A stretch of DNA of 56,568 nt, filler included, from Sphacelaria rigidula (lineage: Eukaryota), in the NCBI GenBank assembly GCA_964200075.2. It is 6 parts of 6 records of this genome, joined end to end, with 100 filler letters (N's around TTAATTAATTAA, not from the genome) between each part and the next. Parts side by side here need not be neighbours in the genome. Positions count along the whole stretch, not along the records: positions 47,225 to 56,568 come from CAXNAA020008710.1; 5 more parts are not named here. One strand, 5' to 3'. Numbering within the stretch: position 1 is the first letter of the stretch; each line of letters opens with the position of its first letter. A program made the position numbers and the translations under genes. This document shows positions 47,449 through 56,568 of the stretch, one piece after another. A model generated the notes under the pieces. It was not told the DNA's origin and ran no database searches. It saw nothing but the letters and a program-made list of their open reading frames with translations.

Positions 47449-50400
47449 TCATCGCACACACCTTGCGCGACCCTGCGGTTCCTTGCCTACTACCCTCCGA
47501 AGTGCGCTGGCTGACGGCATCTTCGCCGCCTGCACCACCTGGCCCTTGATGGATACCTTCGCCAGGTCCTCCAGCTGACAAGGAAGGGGAAAAGAGAGCA
47601 GGGGACGGGAGAGAAGGAAATGACGACCGCACGAAAAATCCGAATACCATAGTATATCCGTGGTCAAGGCAGCTTCCATAATGGTACCACAGGCTCTCCA
47701 GCCCACCAAACCATGGGGGGGAAAAGAGGGACTAATTTTGTTCCACACCCCGGGCGAATGGTTACGTCAAGAAATGTACGGCGTGCAATATCTACTTTTG
47801 CGTTTATCGCAACAGACAACGGATTCCATACCGTACGCAGTACACTTTTTGACAAAAAAATACATTTCCGTTGTCCAGGATGTGATTTTTTCCCACACAT
47901 CATACGCTGGCACCCTCATCAATTCGTCGGGACAGCATCCGTTGCATCAGCAAGGGATTAACTCCTGTTTCCACGGGTATGGTATGGTACTGTGCGGTAC
48001 AGTACCCCTACGGTACAACACATCACAACCCGGACAACACGCTACGAAACGAATGCCAACGTAATCCATTGTCCAGGGCGGGGTGCAGTACATACCCTAC
48101 ACACTACAGCACCAAAGATCGAACCATCACTTTCGCAAACCGCGTCGACCGTCGCTACAGCCAGTATCGTAGACGAGCTCCCTGTTTCACCTTGGGAAGC
48201 AGCAACGACTCCCTCTTCCAGAACGATGCATCCCCTTCCTTCCATAGAGGGACCACGTAATCCTGACCATCCGATGACATCAGGCATCAGTCAGGGGACA
48301 ATCGGAGGGAAAAAGAAGGGGAAACCAGGGGATGGTGAAAGGAAAAGTTTACAGATGATAGGCGTGAAGTAGATACGACTGGGGTACTGGAAATAAAAAC
48401 ATTACGGTTCAGATCACTTTTTTCAAACTTCACCTACAGCAGCAATCCTTGGTGAGTTCATTCAACACACCACCACGTCATGACTCATGGGAGGGCGAGA
48501 GAGAAAAAGTACAACTGTTCGGGCATTCTCCAGTGCACATCGCACCGTGATCGTCGTAGAGTGTTTAGATGCCCAACAGCACAGCGACAACTACAGCATA
48601 GAAATTGTGGGTTTGGGGGGCGCCTTATTCCCTTGACTCGAGAGGAAATCACCAACACGCCATGGACGTTTCAACAGTGTGTAGAGAGCACTGCGTGCCG
48701 ACAACAATATTATTCATAGAGACGAACGGAATGACAATATAAAGCAACTCACGCATTCCCAGCGGAGATCGAACCGTCTCCACAGAGGCCTGAGGACGCC
48801 ACAGCGCCGCGGCAGCTACAGCACACGAGACAGCATGAGCGTGTTTGTGCTGCAGCACAGTGATACAGGAAATATTCCATTCGACAGTTCTTCACCTGAT
48901 TCCGGGTGGGTCCTCGATTTTTGCCCAGTGGGTCCTCGACTATGATCGCGCTGCGCACGAAGATATATTTTAATTCACTTTGAGTTACCCCCATCTGTGG
49001 GAGGTAAACCTTTTTTCAGGAACAACGGAAGTCGACACCCGTACTAATATTATAACGATACAGACACGATTTGCACGATGCCCAGGAGATGAGGATGACA
49101 GGCATATATTGTTAGACGTGTATTGAACAGTTCTTCATCAGATAGCGTGCGGCAATCGATCGGTCAAACGAATCGACACGACACATACACGCACACACAA
49201 CGCACACAACCCCCTCCCTCCTCTCCCTTGGTCACCTCAGGTAAGTGTTGGATGCTGCCCTTTCCGATGTGCACGCCATCCTCCATGTGGTTCGTGGCGA
49301 AGCTTTGCTCCTGCTTGTATCCCGGGTACAGCAGGTACCAGTCGTTGTGGTACATGAGCGAGAACAGGTACTTCTTCCAGCTGCCTGACCACCCGTTTAC
49401 AAGGGTCCCCGGTATGTCGTCGTAGCTTTCCTCCACCAGGGCTGTGTGCAAGTGCATCCACACCTCGGGGAAGTAGACAGTGCCCCAGCTGTAGAAACAC
49501 ACAACAGCAACAGCAACAACAAAAGAAAGAAGGGAGGCGTTCATGTACGTGAGCGTATTCGTCTCATTCCAAGGTGTCAAACGTCCACCCTGCCCTCTTC
49601 TTTGAGGGCGTAAAAACGACGCAGAAGTGAGGGACGACAAGAATAAAAAAAAACAGATTTTCCTGTTTTTTTTTTTCTCACCGCCAATACATAAGAAGCG
49701 GCCGTAGAAGTGTTTTCATTTGAAAAAAGTTCGCGGAGATTTTCTACGCACATCTTCGTATCGAGAATTCCCTTTATATGTCAGCAAATAAATGATATCC
49801 AGTCAGGAGAGTCCCGGGTGTCTTAGACATTCTGGCGAGTAATTCCCAAATGGAAAAAAAAAGAAGATAAAGACCAAACATGCGGGTGTGTCGCCTAACC
49901 TGCAAGGGGTTTGGAAGAGCAACGAGTTGTACCCCCCCGCAGCACGGTTGAAGTCCAACCTCGCTCGTTGCGCTGTCACCTGCACAAACACCGACCGCAA
50001 AAAAGAGCAGCAGCAGCAAGACACTCACAAGACGAGGTGGGTGGGGCCCAGGCTCTTGAGACTAGTACGGCGCGTGCACTGCGCCAAGTTGAGCGGGGGG
50101 TTTTAGTGGGCCTGATCCCCGCACTGCCTTGAGCAAAGCTTGCGAACGCTCGAGGCGCGTACCCCACATGACTGTCACGAGACAGTCTAGTCGGGCCTCC
50201 GGGTGATCATCACACGAACCCGCTTGCGGGGTAACCAAATGTACAAAACGCTGCTTTTGCATGTCGCCAAATCTCAACATCCGAGATAGTTTCGGAGAAC
50301 CCCTTCACTGCCCGTCACGATGTCGATTCATCTTCCACTCGACACGCCTTCCCACGGTGCGGCCTCACCCGTCCTCGGGCGTCTTCCACTATATCCCACC

Positions 50401-53400
50401 GGGGGAGAGATGGGTTGATTCCTTGAAACCATGGACTCATCCCGAGGAAGGGGAGGAGTTCGAAGTGCGATAAAATAAAAATAAAAATCCCAGAAAACGC
50501 TGATATCGCAGAATTCTCATCTGGGCGGTGCTTCATAGTTTGAATGTGGTACCCGTCATTTTCGAGAGACAAGCAGATTGTGCATTTTAATCCGTGACGC
50601 GGGTGTCGCGGAACAACGGAAAAAGGAAAAAACAAATGGCGCAGAGAAGAGAGATGCACATCTGACACGAACACATGGCATCAACAACGCCGGTGTATCA
50701 CACACACACATAGTGCCCCGGTGCTTTAATAGTAGGGCTGTCGCTATCAGGGTGGTGAGAACGAGGGTTCGATTCCCGATGCTTTGGGTCTTTCCTTCGT
50801 AGGATATTATTTCCATCGTGGAAAGCGTGAGAACGTGAATTAACACAGTAGTTGACTAAGGGTGTTACACGTGAGTTGACGCCGTGCGGGGATGCTGATC
50901 CAATCCGCGATACCAAAATGCAAGGCGCGTACTGGGGAGAAATGAGTTGATCCCTTGACAACACGGACGCGTCCCGAGGAAGGGATGGATTTCAAAGTGC
51001 GACAAACAAAAATAAAAACCATTGATGAGGACATAAAAAATGACATACTCGTACCTCTTCGATACGAGGCGTGTAAAGGCTGATCCCGGCCAGCGATGTG
51101 GTCGGCATGGTGTTCGCGTTCAGGCTAATCGGGTGGGCGGCTTCCGAGCTGTACCGGTATCGGAGAAGCAGGTGCTTCGACCACGCGTAGAACGCCGGTG
51201 ACACCTGATGAGTGAAAAAACGGTGGATTTCGTGGTTCGAACCGGCGACGATTCGTCCGAACCGTGCAAAGTTGCTTGAGAGTATGGTGAACATCCTGCG
51301 GGGTACCCCTGGATTTTCATGATATCTGGAGTGCCCATTACTCCGCAGATGAGGGAGGATACCAACAACCGAATTGTTCAGTATTGCAGAGAACCGCGGG
51401 TGTCGACTAAACAAACCAGTACTCCGGCGTACGCGGGGCATCTCCAGCCAAAAAAACGCCCAGCATCGCCTGATACATCAGGTATCAACCAAATGTACAA
51501 GTAATTCAACAGGTTTTCACGGTGTCAACAGCCAAACTTATATCCTCCGTCGTAATCCAGAGTACCCGGTGAAGCAACACCTCGGGAAACTACTCAACTT
51601 TGTACCTGTGCGCTCCGGTACACCAGCTACCCTTGGAGCATTCCTGAGAATGAGAACACTTTGGGGCAGTGGGCTGCCCGCTATCTCTGCCATCATATCA
51701 GTAACTTCACGACTCCAACGATATACGTGTTAAAACAGTCCCCATGAATACCACCCCAGGGGTAATAAGTTTTGTGGGAGCCCCCGGACATACAAAAAGT
51801 AGTGAGGAAAAAAGAGACGCAAAAAGGGGTCGTTTTAAAAGACCTCGAGAACACATCGGCAAAAAAAATACACACGCATATACACAAGATACAAGATACA
51901 GACCTCGATGTCATCCTCCAAGAAGACGGCGTAGTGGTGAGGGTCAACCGGGTGGAAGGATTCCGTCACGGCGGATATCAGCCCTCCGCGCTGAATCCTG
52001 TGGTGCACCGACACGGGTCCGTGCGGCCACTCTATGGCCTGCGTATTAATGTTGTCACCATCCAGTGCCCACAAGAAAACCACAGAGTGAGCGTCAAGTT
52101 GCCGTTGGGAGATGCGTACATGTGCTCACCGACGAGAGTTATCCTGGCAAGACAATGCCTCAGCTGAAACATGACACACGCAGATGAGCTTCTTGTTTTT
52201 GTTTCCCTTGCTCCAAAATGCTGAGATATTTTTTTCAAATTCTCTCGACTCGGACCCCTCGTCATAGCTTGCTTGATGATAATACGACCATTTTATTCCC
52301 CCCTTGCCTCAAGTGCTCCGTCTCGAAAGGGATGCGTGGTCAATGGTCAAATGACTAAGGCAAGCAACAAATGAGTACGCCCCCCCCGTGCAGGCAAGCA
52401 TGCTCATCACTGCACATCTCTCCAATCGATATCTCAAGATGGGGAGAAAAAATGTGTTCTTAGGCTCCCACGTGCGTACAGCTGTGGAAAAGCCCGAATG
52501 ACCATTTGACCAAGTAAGCAAGCATACGAACACCAGGGACTTTGGTCTTCATCGCGCGCGGCAAACTACGTGTTCGTTCACGTTCCTCCAACAACGGTAC
52601 CACAAATTACTTTACAGCACGTCTCACATCATTTTCTGATGAATGTGAGTGTGGCTACTGCGTGCATGTAGTTTCCTCTTCTCTACGTCGATCTCGAAGG
52701 GGGTGCATGGCCAATGGTCGAAGGACCAAGGCAAGCAACAAAATGAGTGCGTCCCACACCCCTCCCTCCCCGCCCGATATTTGCGTGTGCGCGCCCATCT
52801 TCATCTCAATCTCTACGCCACCAAGAGGCTATCCCAGACAACTCCCTCACGGTACACCCTCGTTAAACCCACCACCATCTTCCACATTTATTTCTCCGAA
52901 CATGGTGCGTATCAAACATCGTCTTTCCATTGTTACTGCCGATTTCTTCGGTTGCCACGCACATTTTGGAAAACAGATTCTCCACTGTCAAAAAACGTAC
53001 CATGTGGAGTATGAAATCTGCCCGTGTATTGCAACAGACGCCACAGTCACTGCACGCAGTACATTTTTCAACAACGTAGGTCCGTTGTCTAGGGTGTAGA
53101 TCGCCGCGCTCTGTTGAACTGTCGGTCTCACGTGTCGAGCCTTCCGCACTCACCATGAGGTAGTCCATGAGTTCTGCGTCAGCATCGACGTCGACGTGGA
53201 AGCTCAGCTCCACCGTGTCGCCCAAGAAATGACTGACCAGGAGAGAGTTGACCAGTCGGGTCAACGAGGTCAACCTGTCGTTGGTGATGACGTGGATGCT
53301 CACCTGTGACAACCCACGCGCAGGATGAGACAAGGTAGGTGGGGACGCGTAGGATGGGATGGGAGAGGGGGGAGGACGGGGGAGTGTACTCATGATCTTG

Positions 53401-56151
53401 CATGCCGTACTCATTAGACCGTTGGCCTCGCACCCGACAAAGCCAGGACGGAGCATGCCGGGTTTTCGCCGTACTAGACTCGTAACTAACCACCAAGCGC
53501 TAAGTGCCGTGATGTGCTCGGCGAGTCGCGTGAAGGGTGAGCCCCATCCTACTGAGATCATTCGACCGGAAGCATACTACATATCTCGCGTATGGATGAC
53601 AGCCTTCAATGAGTTGCTTCGTTTTCGGCATCGCCCTTTCTAGAGACCAACCATGGGTTATATCACCTCATAGATGTGCCTTACCATCAACAGTGTGGGG
53701 GGAGGTTCAAACACTTACCTTCGGCTCGTGCCAGGCAGCAACCATGGCGGGGTCGAGGGCGGGGAGGAAACCCATGTAGATAGGGTCGTCCCCTGCCATC
53801 TTGATCGTTACAGCAGGCTTTTGCATGTCCGCCACCCTATAATTCCGGCGAATCGACCAACCCGGCCAGACAGCCGATCGACACGGCGCCCCCCACCCCC
53901 CAAATCAAACAGAAACAACGAAAGCAACAGTGGACCAGGGCAATACTTCTGTTAGCAGCTGTGACAAGGCAAGATATACATTTACATTATTTGACCATAT
54001 CTGCACCGCATCAGAGGCATGGGAAAGTGCACACAAATCTACACATCAAGGGTGGTTGGGATAGATGGGGAGCACTTACTCGCGGCCACCCTCAGGGACG
54101 CTCAAGGGTGTTATTTCAAGTGCAGACACAGCCGAGAATACTCAGTATTCATTCTCAGAGTACTCGGGGGAATCAACGGAGAATTCAGGGTACGTGAGGG
54201 CCCATGTACCCTACCCTTGCTGGCACCCCCTCCCTCTTTATATATTTATATGTAAAGGTGACGATGCTTTATTGAAATATTGTGCAGCTCCTAAACTGAA
54301 GCCCATCATGGCAGAACCAGCGGCGGCGGGGTGTACTCATGATCTTAAATGCCGTATGCATATGACCATCTGACCAAGGCACCGATCATTTGATACCCGA
54401 AAATTCCAGTCGTGGTCATTCACAAGATAAACGTACTCGCGGCAAATAAAACGAGCAGACGCCTGGAAAAAATAAGAAGAAAATACAATCAAGCAATGAA
54501 GTGAATAAAACAAAGAACCTTACATTTGCCTGCCCACTGCCGCACTGCACTCTGGGGATTACAGCCTCACGGCGACACACCTCTGCAAAACAGAGTGAAA
54601 AACTCCTCACAGCACTGCGACCAACACGATGGACGCATACACCCAGCGAAAAAAGGATTAACAACAACACTCAATTGACCTCCCCTCGCCCCCTCCCGCC
54701 ACACAAGATAAGGGTAACTGGAGGCCAAGGCAACACTCAACTCACCAGCCATTGTAGGCTGCAGTGGCCTGATCGACGACGCGCTCCAGCGCAGCCGAGC
54801 TCATCACCCCGCTTTCATCCGTCCCCACGCCCCCGTAGGTGCCCACTTTCTGTTTCTCGCCGCTGATCATCATCACCGAACGCGCTTTGATCGTGTACAG
54901 CACCTTCATGTATACAGATATACATCAAGTTAACGGAGGGGCAGCGTTTGTACGTGAAAAATTGCACCACATCATCCCCTCCCGCGATCTTGGATTTCCT
55001 TCGCCAGTGTTGGCCTTCCTTACTTCAGCCACCAGTCTGTGGTGGATAGCCACCTCCCAAGCAGGTGCATGTGTGCGAGCTCTCAACATCATGAACATGG
55101 TCTTGTGTGTAGTAAAGCGTAGTGTGCAGTCATGAACTGAGAAATTGAATTTCATCGGTCACACAACCGACTTCACTCAGGATTCAGCAATCCCCACGAG
55201 CAAAAGGAGACGTGATACCAAGGGAGTAGAAAAAACGAAATAACGGCAACTATGATTGATCGTGCTGATGCGGTGTAGCAAACCACACCACCACAGGACG
55301 TGGGAAAAGAGTACAGCATAGCACTAACTGGAATTCCACGACACAACGCTGAAAGTGGAACTTCATAGTACAGCACCAACTGGAATTTCACAACACAGCA
55401 CCGGCAGTGAAATACTCCACGGTACAGCACGGACAGTGGACTTCCACCACACAGCACTGGCAGTGGAATTCCATCGGCCCCGGAACATCGAACATGCAAC
55501 ACAAACATGAAAAGAAAACAAACAAGAAACATACCTCCCTAAGGTTGGCGGTCACGGCCAATTCGTATGCCGCCGGGTGCGTCTTCCGGATTCGCTGCGT
55601 CGCGCTCCACCCATCAATCTGCAACCAGGAACACCGCAGACGGGACACGGTACACGGAACAGGACTCGTGCATGAGGTCAACGAACGCACGCGAGTGCTC
55701 ACCGACACACGATATCCACAAATTCGAGTCCATGCTCTACGATACGTTCATGGATGAGATGAACGACACGGTGCGTACAGCGCGACATCAGCTCGTGATC
55801 GCACACCCGATGTCGCGTTACACAACCATTGTAGACCCACCCTCGTACAAGACGCTTTGTAACATGGTTTTACACCATATCGTGACAAGACGTCGACAGA
55901 CGGCACATCACCAAGAGAGATTCCGACCAGCAAAAAGTAAAAACAACACTCACCGCTTCGCCGGTCGGCGCGAACACCCTCATGTACTTGGGCGAACAGA
56001 ATCGCTTCACGCTGAAGTTCAGCAACTCAGCGATTCGGGTACAGCTAATCGCCGGCGAGAACATGAAGAGCTTCCATCGAGGTCCGCCAATGTTCTCGTT
56101 CGGCACTCCGTTCCCATCCACCCACATCAACGAGTCCTTAAACGCCGTCAC
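47449..56151 (-). CDS. GT-A-fold glycosyltransferase-like protein (GT2-like), 5' end outside window; exons 56151-55954, 55618-55535, 54903-54746, 53836-53719, 53303-53154, 52038-51904, 51204-51055, 49979-49900, 49488-49236, 48262-48191, 47574-(47462 donor or 47449 stop)
   Basis: Eleven exons join in consistent phase. Motifs: WHEPKVSIHVITNDRLTSLTRLVNSL...GDTVELSFHVD, WPHGPVSVHHRIQRGGLISAVTESF, AVFLEDDIEVSPAFYAW (DxD-type), GISLYTPR, FQTPCSWGTVYFPEVW, SWKKYL, LYP...SFATNHMEDGVH, DYVVPL. Confidence 0.88.
50715..51020 (+). mobile_element. tRNA-derived SINE copy (plus a 3' fragment at ~50400-50487)
   Basis: GCCCCGGTG...GGGTTCGATTCCCG B box, shared body and A-rich tail. Confidence 0.8.
52312..52390 (+). 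repeat. Short LINE 3'-end copy (another at ~52690-52765)
   Basis: GTGCTCCGTCTCGAAAGGGATGCGTGGTCAATGGTC...GGCAAGCAACAAATGAGTACGCCCCCCC matches 26270-26345. Confidence 0.7.
53380..53545 (-). repeat. Retroposon copy (ATGAGTACAC-ended family) in a glycosyltransferase intron
   Basis: Collinear with 28405-28570. Confidence 0.75.
55318..55472. repeat. Degenerate minisatellite, ~6 units of 25-29 bp (ACAGCACTGGCAGTGGAATTCCACAAC-like)
   Basis: Recurrent ACAGCAC...GTGGAA.TTC units in a glycosyltransferase intron. Confidence 0.7.
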
Positions 56152-56568
56152 CTATCATTCATTCCACACCAACAGTCACCGAATTTCGGCAAAACAAATA
56201 TTGAAGAGATGCACAAGAGAGATCCTGGTATAGGCGCGGCTCGACTTGTCAAGTACTCTGAAATTCTTGGTACTTGGAGCAGTCAAGCAGTAGTGCAGGT
56301 CCCAGATACCCTGGTGTACTTCGTACTTTAGAAACGATGAGAATAAAGGTTATCCCCCTCCCCCACGCCAGTGGGGTGGGGTGTGTGTACTCGTGACCTT
56401 GCATGCAGCAGTCACATGACCGTTGACCTCGCATGCCTAGAAAGCCGAGACCGAGCGCGCCCGTCATGTGTTCGGCAGGTCGTATGAAGATGGGAAGGGG
56501 GGGGGGGGGGGGGGGGGGGGCGAGGGCGAGGACGGAGGGGGCGGGTGGGGTGTGGGAAACATTGTGAC

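Noticed and set aside
54525..54583. Exon-like segment (EVCRREAVIPRVQCGSGQAN) in a glycosyltransferase intron
   Set aside because: Its phase is incompatible; the flanking exons 54746 and 53836 join directly in frame.
55318..55472. Repeat array resembling CRISPR
   Set aside because: Degenerate tandem units without unique spacers, in a eukaryotic intron, with no cas genes.
41003..56151. Apparent cell-wall cluster of the WSC and glycosyltransferase genes
   Set aside because: The two genes lie on different scaffolds joined artificially at 47125-47224.
55567..56331. 254-aa plus-strand ORF
   Set aside because: It is the antisense shadow of two glycosyltransferase exons and has no recognisable motifs.

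Overview
Eukaryotic, intron- and repeat-rich DNA. A brown alga (Phaeophyceae/stramenopile) is inferred from the WSC-array gene, the many short GT-AG exons, TTAGGG repeats and poly-G tracts. The window is not one locus. It is six scaffolds of 9346, 9345, 9345, 9344, 9344 and 9344 bp joined by 100-bp N spacers containing TTAATTAATTAA, which suggests size-sorted unplaced scaffolds. Segment 1 holds a decayed Ty3/Gypsy pol and a decayed XPG/PIN-nuclease plus Cys-finger ORF resembling an Academ (AcademX) transposon. Segment 2 holds a complete 4-exon mitochondrial complex I gamma-carbonic-anhydrase-like gene. Segment 3 is mostly repeats (piggyBac-type MITEs, LINE 3' ends). Segment 4 holds the 5' part of a BRO1-domain (ALIX/Bro1) gene. 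Segment 5 holds the 5' part of a secreted multi-WSC-domain gene and a foldback element with telomeric repeats. Segment 6 holds 11 exons of a GT-A-fold glycosyltransferase-like gene. Gene models were built by hand from splice signals and reading phase. No database searches were run.
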